Assembly (NCBI GenBank): GCA_965277625.1
Contig: OZ255827.1
Coordinates: forward strand, 1,544,550 to 1,608,549
Direction of reading: 5' to 3'
Length of the DNA stretch: 64,000 nt
Origin: Gammaproteobacteria bacterium
Lineage (GTDB): Bacteria; Pseudomonadota; Gammaproteobacteria; CAKMZV01
Positions within the stretch are counted from its first letter, which is position 1, and each line of letters opens with the position of its first letter. The translations under genes and the position numbers were made by a program. This document shows, one piece after another, positions 1-10,787 of this stretch. The notes under the pieces were generated by a model. It saw nothing but the letters and a program-made list of their open reading frames with translations, did no database searches and had not been told where the DNA came from.

Positions 1-202
1 GAATATCATGACATTTTAACCAATCAACTTCGTACGTTCATTTGTTTTTACGTAGCAACGACGCTTTTTAAAGTTGCGCCCCAGACGTATTTTACTCATG
101 CACGTTGATCATGGTCAGTATCATGATTTGTATAGAAAATGTAACCTTGTCATAGAAATTAACCAAGATGACTCGCCCAATTAATTTCTCTAATTCAACC
201 TA

Positions 203-430
203 AATTTATACCATATTTTCAGCTTATTCATATTGAAAATATCTTGCAAGTTGATTTATCCACAGAATGTTAGATCAAAGAACAAACCTTTTCAAATAAC
301 GAGCCGAATTTTTACCACAATCCAAACATCAAGACTAAATCAAAACTATTTTAAATAAGGCTCTTTTACATCAATGGTCAATGAACAGAATCCAACGCAC
401 CTAATGACTATGCAGCTTCCAAATATAATC
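203..430 (+). pseudogene. Degenerate duplicate of the aldehyde dehydrogenase promoter and first ~30 codons
   Basis: About 75% nucleotide identity to 1003-1200 by eye. In the aldH reading frame, 'caa tgg aca' has become 'caa tga aca', a premature stop. The 374..601 ORF is this remnant. Confidence 0.5.
256..264 (+). promoter_or_regulatory. Perfect DnaA-box consensus TTATCCACA
   Basis: Exact 9-mer, extended to TTATCCACAGA as in the two boxes at 35311 and 35323. Confidence 0.3.
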
Positions 431-464
431 ATTAGATGTTGTTACTGCAAAGTTCTTTTGCTTC

Positions 465-836
465 TCATTCGCGTAAAATTTTCTCCATCTTACGACCTTT
501 GGCTAATTCATCTATCAATTTTTCCATTTGGCGACATTGCTTATATATCAAAAATTCAGCCTCAATATCTTCAATTCTATAACCGCAAACAACGCCTTTA
601 ATCAAGTGTTCGTTTGGATTGATGTTTGCTTTTTGAAAAAATGTTCTAAAAGTTGCCTTTTCATTGATAAGTTCTTGTAAAGTATTTGGATCATAGCCCG
701 TAAACCATTGAATGACTTGGTTAAGTTCTTCTTTGGTTTTACCCTTTTTCTCCAATTTATTCAGATAGAGTGGATAAATGGATGCAAATATCATATTAGC
801 AATTTGTTCGTTTTTTTCGGCTGTCACTTTCATTTT
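465..836 (-). CDS. DUF2200 family protein
   Basis: ORF 465..875. The likely start is the internal MKVTAEKNEQIANMIFASIYPLYLNKLEKKGKTKEEL, which is typical of DUF2200 proteins. Confidence 0.65.
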   Translation of the reverse strand, partial: KMKVTAEKNEQIANMIFASIYPLYLNKLEKKGKTKEELNQVIQWFTGYDPNTLQELINEKATFRTFFQKANINPNEHLIKGVVCGYRIEDIEAEFLIYKQCRQMEKLIDELAKGRKMEKILRE

Positions 837-1123
837 AATTTGATTTAAAGTGGAAGAGGATAAGTGGCAAATCAAATTTTTACAAGACTGCCGTTTCTAA
901 TGCCTCTAAAATTAATGTTGCACTTGAATCATGAGTTGCCTCAGGTCATGTATCCTCATAAAGACAAAACATTCTGCTTTAAAATCTTTGGCTTCAACAG
1001 TCATTTTATACCATATAATCAAGCCATCCAAATTGAAAACATCTCCCGAGTTGATTGATGGCAGAATGTTCGCACAATCAGCAGAGTTTAACGACAATTC
1101 AAACCTCAAAACGGAATCAGATT

Positions 1124-2557
1124 ATGTTAGATAAACGTTCTTTTTACATCAATGGTCAATGGACAGCACCCAGTGCACCGAATGACTACAACGTGATCAA
1201 TCCTTCAACCGAAATCGTTGAAGCTGTGATTAGTATGGGTTCAAAAACAGACACCAATCGCGCAGTCGCTTCGGCACGCGCCGCTTTTCATGATTGGAGT
1301 CAGAGTACTGTGACTGAACGCATTGCTTTGATCGAGCGCATTCTTTCCATCTACAAATCCCGTTCAGATGATATGGCACAAGCCATTTCAATGGAGATGG
1401 GGGCGCCCATTGATATGGCAAAACAGCAACAATATGGCGCCGGTGTTTGGCACATAAATAACTTCATTACGGCCTTGAAGCAATTCTCTTTTGAGCATCC
1501 TTCGCACCCCAACAGTTCCGAGTTGATTCGCTACGAACCCACAGGGGTTTGTGCGCTCATCACGCCTTGGAACTGGCCAATGAATCAAGTGACCTTAAAA
1601 GTGATTCCAGCCTTGGCGGCGGGATGCACAATGATTCTCAAGCCCTCTGAAATTGCCCCCCTATCCTCCATGTTATTCGCTGAGATTCTGCACGAAGCGG
1701 GTTGCCCAGCAGGCGTATTTAATTTGATTAATGGTGATGGCGTGGGTGCTGGTACCCAGTTATCTAACCATCCAGATGTTGATTTGATTTCATTCACAGG
1801 TTCAACACGTGCAGGCACCGCCATTTCAAAGGAAGCAGCTGATTCAATCAAAAGGGTTCGGTTAGAGTTAGGGGGCAAAGGCGCCAATATAATATTTGCA
1901 GACGCAGACGATAAAGCGGTGACCCGTGGCGCACGCCATTGTTTCAATAATTCAGGTCAATCTTGTAATGCCCCGACCCGCATGCTCGTTGAAAAAAGTC
2001 GCTACCAAGAAGCTGTTGAGCAAGCAAAAGCCGCAGCCGAAACGACCCACGTGGATCTGGCGTCCTTATCTGGACGACACATCGGACCGGTTGTTTCCAA
2101 AACACAGTTTGACCGCATTCAACAATTGATTGAAAAAGGCATTGAAGAAGGCGCCCAATTGGTGGCAGGTGGGGTTGGCAAACCCGCACACTTGGACAAA
2201 GGCTATTTTGTACAACCCACCGTCTTCGCCAATGTCCACAATAAAATGACCATTGCCCAAGAAGAAATATTTGGACCCGTTCTTTCAATCATTCCTTTTG
2301 AAACTGAAGAAGAAGCCATCAAAATCGCTAATGACACGCCGTACGGACTGGCGAACTTCATCCAAACCCAAAATCCAGAGCGGGCTATGAATGTTGCCCA
2401 ACAATTGCGTTCGGGGATGGTCAGAGTCAATGGTATGGACATTAGCGAAGTGGCGCCGTTTGGTGGCTTCAAACAATCTGGCAATGGGCGTGAAGGCGCG
2501 CGTTGGGGGATTGAAGAATTTTTAGAAACCAAAGTCATTACCGAATTTAATCTGTGA
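1124..2557 (+). CDS. NAD(P)-dependent aldehyde dehydrogenase family protein
   Basis: ALDH hallmarks (ELGGKG, FxNxGQxC-like region, C-terminal EEIFGPV). Start chosen at internal ATG (MLDKRSFYINGQW) to give ~478 aa, the typical ALDH length. ORF track begins at 1055. Confidence 0.9.
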   Translation: MLDKRSFYINGQWTAPSAPNDYNVINPSTEIVEAVISMGSKTDTNRAVASARAAFHDWSQSTVTERIALIERILSIYKSRSDDMAQAISMEMGAPIDMAKQQQYGAGVWHINNFITALKQFSFEHPSHPNSSELIRYEPTGVCALITPWNWPMNQVTLKVIPALAAGCTMILKPSEIAPLSSMLFAEILHEAGCPAGVFNLINGDGVGAGTQLSNHPDVDLISFTGSTRAGTAISKEAADSIKRVRLELGGKGANIIFADADDKAVTRGARHCFNNSGQSCNAPTRMLVEKSRYQEAVEQAKAAAETTHVDLASLSGRHIGPVVSKTQFDRIQQLIEKGIEEGAQLVAGGVGKPAHLDKGYFVQPTVFANVHNKMTIAQEEIFGPVLSIIPFETEEEAIKIANDTPYGLANFIQTQNPERAMNVAQQLRSGMVRVNGMDISEVAPFGGFKQSGNGREGARWGIEEFLETKVITEFNL

Positions 2558-2710
2558 GTTCAGCCTTTTTACTCTTTCATGGATTCAGACCGATGATTTT
2601 CTCGTGGTGATAGCTATTACAGAACTTTTAGCAGTTTTAACCATAAATGATCTAAATTCAAAAAGCTGATTTTTTTATCCCGCCTTGATACACCTGCTAT
2701 AATCCTTATC

Positions 2711-3232
2711 ATGGAACATACTCAAAAAAAGCAATATTCGTATGATGAATTAATTGATTGTGGCAATGGCAAATTATTTGGTCCAGGCAATGCCTGCTTA
2801 CCCTTGCCTCCTATGCTCATGTTTGATTGCATCTCACTCATTGAAGACACTGGTGGTCGCTACAGCAAAGGACACATTCACGCTGATTTAGACATTAAAC
2901 CTGATATGTGGTTTTTTGACTGTCACTTCAGAGGTGATCCGGTGATGCCTGGATGCTTGGGGCTTGATGCCATGTGGCAATTGATTGGTTTTTATTTGGG
3001 CTGGGTTGGCGGTCTGGGTAAAGGACGTGCTTTGGGTGCGGGCGAATTGAAATTTTTTGGTCAAGTGACACCAGAATCAAAGAAAATAAGATACCAAATT
3101 GACCTCAAAAGAGTCATTCGTAGAAAATTATGCATGGGCATTGCTGACGCAATTTTAATCGTTGATGACGTCGTCATCTATTCAGCCAATGACTTGCGAG
3201 TGGGATTGTTTACAGAAACAAATACTTTTTAA
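2711..3232 (+). CDS. fabA: 3-hydroxydecanoyl-ACP dehydratase/isomerase
   Basis: 173 aa with FabA-specific motifs ([24 protein letters not shown]). Lies upstream of fabB. Confidence 0.9.
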   Translation: MEHTQKKQYSYDELIDCGNGKLFGPGNACLPLPPMLMFDCISLIEDTGGRYSKGHIHADLDIKPDMWFFDCHFRGDPVMPGCLGLDAMWQLIGFYLGWVGGLGKGRALGAGELKFFGQVTPESKKIRYQIDLKRVIRRKLCMGIADAILIVDDVVIYSANDLRVGLFTETNTF

Positions 3233-3261
3233 CAATAAATGAATAACAGGATAGGAACATT

Positions 3262-4479
3262 GTGCGTAGAGTTGTCGTAACTGGGATTGGCATCGTCTCA
3301 TGCTTGGGTAATACAAAAGCCTCAGTCTTAGAGCATTTGAGCGAAGGTAAATCAGGCATCTGTTTTGCCGAGGATTATGCTGAAAAAGGCTTCCGTTCCT
3401 TAGTCAAGGGTAATTTATCGGTTGATGTCGAGAGAATTCCTCGTAAGACTTTAAGATTTATGAGCGATACAGCGATCTTTTCTTACCTTGCTATGCTCGA
3501 TGCCATTGAGGATGCTCAATTGGCGCCCGAACAATATGAATGCAACCAGCGCGCTGGCCTCATCGTTGGCTCAGGCGGCGCTTCAACGTCTAATGTGGTT
3601 GAATCAGCCGACATATTGCGCGACAAAGGCATTAGAAAAGTTGGTCCATATAGAGTCACTCGTACCATGGGTAGCACCGCTTCAGCCTGTTTGGCAACGC
3701 CGTTTAAAATTCATGGTGTTAATTACTCCATTTCCAGCGCCTGTTCAACCGGTGCGCATTGTGTTGGAAATGCCATGGAAATCATTCAATTAGGCAAGCA
3801 GGACATCATTTTTGCTGGCGCGGGTGAAGAATTAGACTGGACACTTTCCATGATGTTTGATGCCATGGGCGCATTATCATCAGAATATAACGATCAACCC
3901 ACCAAAGCTTCCAGAGCCTATGACAAAGACCGTGATGGTTTTGTTATCTCAGGGGGCAGCGGCATCGTTGTCTTAGAAGAAATGGAACACGCGATAAAAA
4001 GAGGCGCACCAATTTATGCTGAACTGGTTGGCTATGGCGCAACTTCTGACGGTTATGACATGGTCCAACCATCGGGTGATGGCGCAGTTCGTTGCATGCA
4101 ACAAGCGCTATCAACCTACAAAGGATCAATTGACTATATCAATGCTCATGGGACCAGTACCGTCGTCGGTGATGTCAAAGAACTCCAAGCTGTGAAATCA
4201 GTTTTTGGGGCCAATATCCCACCGCTTAGCTCGACTAAATCCATGACAGGACATTCACTCGGCGCTTCTGGCGTGCAAGAGTTCGTTTATAGTCTATTGA
4301 TGATGGACGCTGGGTTTGGATGTGAATCGATCAATATTGATACGCTTGATCCAGAAGCCGAAGGTTTCCCTATTTTAAGGGAAAAAACACCCATAGACAT
4401 GAATGCATTTATGTCAAACAGTTTTGGATTTGGTGGCACCAACGCCACATTGATTGCAGAAAAATTCAAATCCGATTAG
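3262..4479 (+). CDS. fabB: 3-oxoacyl-ACP synthase I (KAS I)
   Basis: 405 aa, near-collinear with E. coli FabB ([31 protein letters not shown]). GTG start with AGGAA ribosome-binding site. Confidence 0.9.
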   Translation: MRRVVVTGIGIVSCLGNTKASVLEHLSEGKSGICFAEDYAEKGFRSLVKGNLSVDVERIPRKTLRFMSDTAIFSYLAMLDAIEDAQLAPEQYECNQRAGLIVGSGGASTSNVVESADILRDKGIRKVGPYRVTRTMGSTASACLATPFKIHGVNYSISSACSTGAHCVGNAMEIIQLGKQDIIFAGAGEELDWTLSMMFDAMGALSSEYNDQPTKASRAYDKDRDGFVISGGSGIVVLEEMEHAIKRGAPIYAELVGYGATSDGYDMVQPSGDGAVRCMQQALSTYKGSIDYINAHGTSTVVGDVKELQAVKSVFGANIPPLSSTKSMTGHSLGASGVQEFVYSLLMMDAGFGCESINIDTLDPEAEGFPILREKTPIDMNAFMSNSFGFGGTNATLIAEKFKSD

Positions 4480-4509
4480 GCTGGGATCAACACCCATTCT
4501 AGCTGTACT

Positions 4510-4995
4510 ATGGCGGTGACTAAAAACGATGTGATCATAGGCATCGGCAGTAATATTGAACCCAAACAATCCATTAGAAAAGCCCTTAGCGCATTATCTG
4601 ACTTCATTGTCGATAGCCAACTGAGCCGTTATTATCGGAGTAAAGCCATTGGTTTTGACGGACACGATTTCATAAATGTGGGGTTGAAGGGCAAAACGGA
4701 TTTATCGCCTACCCTGCTACTGCAGGCGCTGAAGGCGATTGAACACGATTTGGCCCAGAGTCAGAATCAGACGGCTTCCAAGAGTCGGATCATCGATTTG
4801 GATCTATATACTTATGCTGATTTAAAAAGTCATAGACTACCGCGCAAAGACCTCCTCATTTATCCTTTTGCCGCTCAAATCATGGTGGATTTATGCCCTC
4901 ATCAAAATCATCCAACCCAAGGTCGCAGTTATGAGCAAATAGCTGATGATCTCAAAGCTTCATCGATTTTAAAACCCATTGTGTTTGACGATTGA
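4510..4995 (+). CDS. folK: 2-amino-4-hydroxy-6-hydroxymethyldihydropteridine diphosphokinase (HPPK)
   Basis: 161 aa. N-terminal VIIGIGSNIEP and overall HPPK pattern. Confidence 0.75.
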   Translation: MAVTKNDVIIGIGSNIEPKQSIRKALSALSDFIVDSQLSRYYRSKAIGFDGHDFINVGLKGKTDLSPTLLLQALKAIEHDLAQSQNQTASKSRIIDLDLYTYADLKSHRLPRKDLLIYPFAAQIMVDLCPHQNHPTQGRSYEQIADDLKASSILKPIVFDD

Positions 4996-5001
4996 CGACC
5001 T

Positions 5002-6030
5002 GTGTTAGAAATTAACCCACAACAACAGCACACTTGCACTCAATTAACAAACCATATTTTGGCGTTGATTGAAACCCATGGTGCCATCAATTTTTGTGCG
5101 TTCATGCAGCTGGCCTTGTACCATCCTCAATGGGGATACTATTACAGCGATATTGAAAAAATTGGACCAGCAGGAGATTTCACAACAGCCCCAGAAATCA
5201 GTCCCATATTCGCCCATTGCCTTGCTCAATATCTTAAGCAACACTATCCAGATTTAAAAGACTACCATCTGTTAGAAATCGGCGCTGGCAAAGGGGGCTT
5301 AGCCAAAAATTTGCTTGAGATCATTCACCCAGCCGCCTACGAAATATTAGAGCTCAATAATGATTTTCGCCAACAGCCACATGCTGACCCAGCTTGTATT
5401 TGGTTAGAGGATTTTCCAGCTAAGGCCAATCGTATAATCATTGCCAATGAGGTCCTCGATGCATTTGCAGTGGAGCGATGGATTAAAAAATCCAATGTCT
5501 GGCATTGCGCTTATGTCACCAATGATCACGGAGGTTTAAGTTTACAATGGCAAGCGCGTCCATTGCATCAATCTTTGTGCGATCACTTAATGGACTGGCC
5601 AGAGGATAAGGAATATTTTTACAGTCCGCTGTTGCCTGCTTGGTTGACGGCGCTCACAGATTGTTCAGAAGCCATCATCTTTATGGACTACGGATCTCAT
5701 GTCTCGGAACTTGCTCGTATGAGCACAGGTGGGTTGCGTTGCTATTATCAACATCATCAACACAACCAGCCTTTGTTATATCCCGGGGTGTTTGACATCA
5801 CCGCTGATGTTGATTTTAGTTGGATCCAGGCGCAAACGTCTTGGCAGACTGAAGCCTATTACACCCAATCTCATTTTTTATTGAACCATGGGGTAGGCAC
5901 GATTGATCTAATGAACCTAAGTCCGCAACAACAATTGAAAACAAGCCAAGCGATTAAACACCTGGTTATGCCTGATGCCATGGGTGAAATTTTCAAATTT
6001 TTACACCTCAAACAGCTGTCTGAGTCATAG
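5002..6030 (+). CDS. SAM-dependent methyltransferase, MidA/DUF185 family
   Basis: 342 aa. DFTTAPEISPIFAHCLAQ and LLEIGAGKG motifs of the MidA family. Confidence 0.7.
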   Translation: MLEINPQQQHTCTQLTNHILALIETHGAINFCAFMQLALYHPQWGYYYSDIEKIGPAGDFTTAPEISPIFAHCLAQYLKQHYPDLKDYHLLEIGAGKGGLAKNLLEIIHPAAYEILELNNDFRQQPHADPACIWLEDFPAKANRIIIANEVLDAFAVERWIKKSNVWHCAYVTNDHGGLSLQWQARPLHQSLCDHLMDWPEDKEYFYSPLLPAWLTALTDCSEAIIFMDYGSHVSELARMSTGGLRCYYQHHQHNQPLLYPGVFDITADVDFSWIQAQTSWQTEAYYTQSHFLLNHGVGTIDLMNLSPQQQLKTSQAIKHLVMPDAMGEIFKFLHLKQLSES

Positions 6031-6042
6031 GATTTTGCTCAA

Positions 6043-6441
6043 TCAGCGATGACGGTCGGTGTCGTCGTAATCTGAATGGATGATTTGCACAGAACCCTGC
6101 GCATTTTGTTTAGAGCGTCGATCCATCCGAGCGATGAGCCATTGCCGAATCCAGGGCAATAACAATAAAATGCCCAAAAAATCGCTCATAAAGCCGGGAA
6201 TAATAAGCAAAACGGCTCCTATACTCCGTAGCATAAGATGACGCTCATTGATGGCGTTGTGTGAGATGTTCCAACGTTGCCGAAATTGCGAGAGCAACTC
6301 AATGCTCTGCATTCTTAGGAAAAACATGCCAAACATGCCACTGGCAATAAACTCAAATACTGTGCCTAAAAAGCCAATAGCGTGCCCCACTTCAATCAGC
6401 AACCAAAGCTCAGCGAAGAAGAAAATTAAAATCCGAAACAT
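6043..6441 (-). CDS. fxsA: FxsA family inner-membrane protein
   Basis: FxsA-like hydrophobic N-terminus and a PGF(M/T)SDFLG-like motif. Start taken at MFRIL. Confidence 0.7.
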   Translation of the reverse strand: MFRILIFFFAELWLLIEVGHAIGFLGTVFEFIASGMFGMFFLRMQSIELLSQFRQRWNISHNAINERHLMLRSIGAVLLIIPGFMSDFLGILLLLPWIRQWLIARMDRRSKQNAQGSVQIIHSDYDDTDRHR

Positions 6442-6442
6442 A

Positions 6443-7354
6443 CTATTCAATGATTTTGCCGAAGCGGCTGAAGTCAAAACCGTCTAAGCGGCCATCATAA
6501 TTCATCCAGACAAAAATGGCCTGACCTTTCAAGTATTTGTCAGGCACTAATCCCCATATTCTGCTGTCGCTGCTGTTGTCCCTGTTATCGCCCATCATAA
6601 AGTAATGCCCCTCGGGAACGCTTACCTTTAACCGCCATTGCCCAAAGGCATTGCGTGCCTCTTCAAAGTATTGGCGCTTGGGGAAAGGGTTCTGTATGCG
6701 CATATTTTTTGCCCCTTGGGTTTCATGTAACACCTGGTGTGAGTGCGTCCCTAAATGTTCTGTCACAAGAAAAACCTCATCACCAATATCGTAAGTCTGA
6801 TTGCCCGTATATATTTCTTCGCGTTTAAATTTAATGACTTGACCATTGATGGTTAAACGATGCCCCTCAATCAATATTTCATCACCAGGTAAGCCGATGG
6901 TTCTTTTAATATAATCGGTGCCTGGTTCGTGTGGAAAACGAAACACTACCACATCACCCCGTTCAGGTGTGCCACTACCAATAATACGAGTGCCGACAAT
7001 CGGTAGTCGTAACCCATATTCAAATTTTTTGACCAATACAAAATCACCAATATGTAAGGTTGATTGCATGGATCCTGATGGAATTCTAAAAGGCTCAAAC
7101 AGGAAGAAACGAATCACAAAAACAAACAATAATACTGGGAATAATGAAGCCAGGAATGATAATACTTTTATCGTGCTATTTTGATTACTGTGGTGGTTAT
7201 CGAGAAATAGCATAAAGGCAAACCAAAGTACACCCAAAAACGCAGTGACTAAGGTTAACCAAGCTTCAAATGTACCAAACATCCAGACACCGTAGGCCGA
7301 TAAAGCCCCGAGACTGATGCACACAAAAAAACCCAACCAATAGAGTACTTTCAC
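6443..7354 (-). CDS. lepB: Signal peptidase I
   Basis: 303 aa with S26 peptidase boxes ([18 protein letters not shown]). Downstream of lepA as in the conserved lepA-lepB operon. Confidence 0.9.
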   Translation of the reverse strand: MKVLYWLGFFVCISLGALSAYGVWMFGTFEAWLTLVTAFLGVLWFAFMLFLDNHHSNQNSTIKVLSFLASLFPVLLFVFVIRFFLFEPFRIPSGSMQSTLHIGDFVLVKKFEYGLRLPIVGTRIIGSGTPERGDVVVFRFPHEPGTDYIKRTIGLPGDEILIEGHRLTINGQVIKFKREEIYTGNQTYDIGDEVFLVTEHLGTHSHQVLHETQGAKNMRIQNPFPKRQYFEEARNAFGQWRLKVSVPEGHYFMMGDNRDNSSDSRIWGLVPDKYLKGQAIFVWMNYDGRLDGFDFSRFGKIIE

Positions 7355-9156
7355 GTTTTTTTCCTATCTAATACGGCCATAAAAGCTTCTTGCGGCACTT
7401 CAACACTGCCAATTGATTTCATACGTTTCTTGCCTTTTTTCTGTTTCTCTAATAATTTTTTCTTACGACTAATATCGCCACCGTAGCATTTGGCAGTGAC
7501 ATTTTTTCGCAGGGCTCTGATATTTGAACGCGCAATGATTTTAGCACCAATGGCCGCCTGCAAAGCGATTTCAAACATTTGCCGAGGGATTAAATCTTTG
7601 AGACTTTCAATTAAAGCGCGACTCCTATGGACAGAACGTTCGCGATGCATTAAACACGCCAAAGCATCGACATTTTCACCATTGATTAAAACATCGACCT
7701 TAACCAAATCAGAATGCATATAACCATCTATCTCATAATCCATCGAGGCATAACCTCTGGAACACGATTTAAGCTGTTCAAAAAAATCAACCACGACTTC
7801 ATTCAAAGGCAATCGCCAAATCATTTGAGCTTGTTTGCCCATATAGTTTAAATTTTGTTGAACCCCGCGTTTTTCGATACATAAGGTTATGATGTTGCCA
7901 ATGTACTCTTCTGGGGTGTAGATATTGGCTTTGATCATGGGTTCTTGAATCTCTGCATATTGACCAATATCAGGCATATTTGAGGGATTTTCAACCTCAA
8001 TGGTTGTGCCATTTTTCAATAGGACCTTATACAATACTGTGGGTGATGTGGTTATCAAACTCAAATCATATTCCCGTTCTAAACGCTCTCGTACAATCTC
8101 CATATGTAACATACCGAGAAAACCAATTCTAAAACCAAAACCCAAGGCATCTGAGGTTTCGGGTTCAAATTGCAATGCAGAATCGTTCAAACAAAGCTTT
8201 TCCAAGGCTTCCCTAAAGTCCACATAATCTTCGGTGCTGACGGGGTATAAGCCGGCAAACACACGAGGTTGAATTTGTTTAAAACCCCTTAATGGCTCAA
8301 CACAAGCATTTTTTAAATAGGTTAGGGTATCTCCTACTGGAACACCATGAATGTCTTTAACACCTGCGACTAAGTAACCGACGGCGCCCGCAGACAATTT
8401 TTTTAGAGGTTGGCGTTTGGGGTTGAATAAACCCAACTGTTGAATTTCATAGTCCATACCCGATGATAAGACTTTCATTCTTTGACCCACTTCAAAACAG
8501 CCATCGACGACTCGAATGAGTGAAACCACACCAAGGTAGGGATCAAACCATGAATCGATGATGAGAGCTTTGGGTGCTGAATCGAGATTCCCTTTTGGCG
8601 GCTCAACAAAATCCACAATTTTTTGTAATAATTCTGGCACGCCCTCACCCGTTTTTGCGCTCACAGCAGTGATCTCACTGGTGTCAATACCAATCATATT
8701 TTCAATGTCATCCTTTACCTGCTCAGGATTGGAAGCGGGCAAGTCAATTTTATTAAGCACGGGTAATACTTCAAGACCTTCGTCCATCGCTGCGTAGCAA
8801 TTGGCGATGGTTTGCGCTTCAACCCCCTGTGAGGCGTCAACGATCAACAGCGCTGCTTCACAAGCGGCCAAAGATCGTGAGACCTCATAGGAAAAATCAA
8901 CGTGACCGGGCGTGTCAATAAAATTGAGCTGATAGGCTTGGCCATCTTTGGTTGATTGAAATATAAGAGAGACCGACTGGGCTTTGATGGTGATGCCCCG
9001 CTCTCGCTCAATGTCCAAAGAATCAAGAACCTGCGCCTTCATTTCACGGTCTGCTAAAGCCCCACAATATTGAATGATTCGATCAGACAAGGTTGATTTA
9101 CCATGATCAATGTGCGCAATGATGGAGAAATTTCGTATGAATTTTTGTTCTAACAC
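7351..9156 (-). CDS. lepA: Elongation factor 4
   Basis: 601 aa with GTPase G1 (AHIDHGKST) and LepA-specific C-terminal domain. Confidence 0.95.
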   Translation of the reverse strand: MLEQKFIRNFSIIAHIDHGKSTLSDRIIQYCGALADREMKAQVLDSLDIERERGITIKAQSVSLIFQSTKDGQAYQLNFIDTPGHVDFSYEVSRSLAACEAALLIVDASQGVEAQTIANCYAAMDEGLEVLPVLNKIDLPASNPEQVKDDIENMIGIDTSEITAVSAKTGEGVPELLQKIVDFVEPPKGNLDSAPKALIIDSWFDPYLGVVSLIRVVDGCFEVGQRMKVLSSGMDYEIQQLGLFNPKRQPLKKLSAGAVGYLVAGVKDIHGVPVGDTLTYLKNACVEPLRGFKQIQPRVFAGLYPVSTEDYVDFREALEKLCLNDSALQFEPETSDALGFGFRIGFLGMLHMEIVRERLEREYDLSLITTSPTVLYKVLLKNGTTIEVENPSNMPDIGQYAEIQEPMIKANIYTPEEYIGNIITLCIEKRGVQQNLNYMGKQAQMIWRLPLNEVVVDFFEQLKSCSRGYASMDYEIDGYMHSDLVKVDVLINGENVDALACLMHRERSVHRSRALIESLKDLIPRQMFEIALQAAIGAKIIARSNIRALRKNVTAKCYGGDISRKKKLLEKQKKGKKRMKSIGSVEVPQEAFMAVLDRKKT

Positions 9157-9753
9157 AGACTAATGTCCTGAAAGCTATTTGGGTCTTTAATGAGTACGTT
9201 CAAGCGTATTTATATAGGCGCGCTATTGTACTTCAATGACCTTGATTTCACATCACATCTACCCTGAGGTCGCAATTCTTTTTGGACCATCGCTAAACGT
9301 TTAGTCGTACTAAGACACTTTGTAACTTTGATCACTTATACCGCCCATATCATATGGATGTCGTACAGTTTTAAACATCTCCATTTTTTTAATGAGCGAT
9401 TTGATAGACATTTCGTTAAACTTCTTAGTTTTATACATTTATTTTTATAATTTCAATTTTTAGATCTAGCCATATGGTTCCCATCGCGTTTAATTTTAAT
9501 TTGCTACACATTTGTAAAGCAATCTATTTTCAATGAAGCGATTTAAGCAGACTATAGAACGATCGAAAAACGACCATGAGGCTATGCCATTAACTAGAAC
9601 AACATAGAACTTTGGGATTTATCAGGACCAATGACCCTAAAACAGGTTCTGTATGACAATCAAAAGCAACAAAGTTTATAATACCGCGCTTATAAATCAA
9701 AGTTATCGCAATATTCCAATTTATCACCACTTAAAAATTATTATTCTAATCAG

Positions 9754-10617
9754 ATGAAAGGCATTATTCTCGCAGGAGGCACTGGATCTCGACTATTCCC
9801 ATTGACAATGGGCGTCTCTAAACACCTATTTCCCATTTACGACAAGCCCATGATTTATTACCCCTTGTCCGTCCTTATGCTGGCTGATATAAGGGAGATT
9901 TTGATCATCACCACACCAGAAGATCAGGCAAATTATAAACGCCTCCTCGGCAATGGTAAACAATGGGGGATTAGCATTGAATATTGTATTCAAACAAAAC
10001 CCAAGGGATTGGCAGAAGCTTTTATTTTGGGAAAATCTTTTATTGGTCAGGATTCAGTATGTCTCGTATTAGGTGATAATGTTTTCTGGGGTCATACCTT
10101 TTCTGCAAAATTACAAAAAGCCAGAGAAATTAAGGACGGTGCTGTCATTTTTGGCTATCAAGTCATTGACCCAGAAAGATTTGGCGTGGTAGAATTGGAT
10201 CGAGATGGATATGCAATCTCATTAGCAGAAAAGCCCAAAAAACCAAAATCAAATTTAGCCGTCACGGGTCTGTATTTTTATGATAATGATGTTATTAATA
10301 TCGCCCACGACATTCAACCCTCTGATCGTGGTGAACTCGAGATTACGTCAATTAATGAACACTATTTGAATCACAAGAAATTACACGTTGAAATCTTAAG
10401 TAGAGGGTTTGCTTGGTTAGATACTGGGACGCATTCCAGTTTATTAGATGCTTCAAAGTTTGTTGAAACCATAGAGAAACAGCAAGGTTATAAAATCGCT
10501 TGCCTTGAGGAAATTGCTTGGTTAAAGAAATGGATAAATACCAATCAATTACAACAGGAGGCCTTAAAATATACCAATAATAACTATGGTCAATATCTGC
10601 TCCGACTCATCAATTAA
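9754..10617 (+). CDS. rmlA: Glucose-1-phosphate thymidylyltransferase
   Basis: 287 aa. MKGIILAGGTGSRLFPLT...KQLLPIYDKPMIYY signature of RmlA. Confidence 0.9.
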   Translation: MKGIILAGGTGSRLFPLTMGVSKHLFPIYDKPMIYYPLSVLMLADIREILIITTPEDQANYKRLLGNGKQWGISIEYCIQTKPKGLAEAFILGKSFIGQDSVCLVLGDNVFWGHTFSAKLQKAREIKDGAVIFGYQVIDPERFGVVELDRDGYAISLAEKPKKPKSNLAVTGLYFYDNDVINIAHDIQPSDRGELEITSINEHYLNHKKLHVEILSRGFAWLDTGTHSSLLDASKFVETIEKQQGYKIACLEEIAWLKKWINTNQLQQEALKYTNNNYGQYLLRLIN

Positions 10618-10787
10618 ATAAGGCTACTAAGTCTAAAATACCGTATGGCTAAAACGATTTCAAACACAAGGGCTGGAGACGATATTGGTAAAGCGAACAC
10701 CTATTCTACTAGTATGTGGTGGATACATCATTCATGCTGTTGATCATTTTTTAAATTATGACAACAATCAAACTCTCGATATAGAAA

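Noticed and set aside
19-99. 27-aa minus-strand mini-ORF (MSKIRLGRNFKKRRCYVKTNERTKLIG) at the window edge
   Set aside because: Too short, with no recognisable family and no clear ribosome-binding site. Could be chance in AT-rich DNA.
374-601. 75-aa ORF on the plus strand
   Set aside because: It is the mutated remnant of the duplicated ALDH 5' end (premature TGA in the ALDH frame) and overlaps the DUF2200 gene's 3' end. Not an independent gene.
1585-2538. Multiple 60-120-aa antisense ORFs inside the ALDH gene
   Set aside because: Fully embedded in a well-supported conserved CDS. Typical out-of-frame artefacts.
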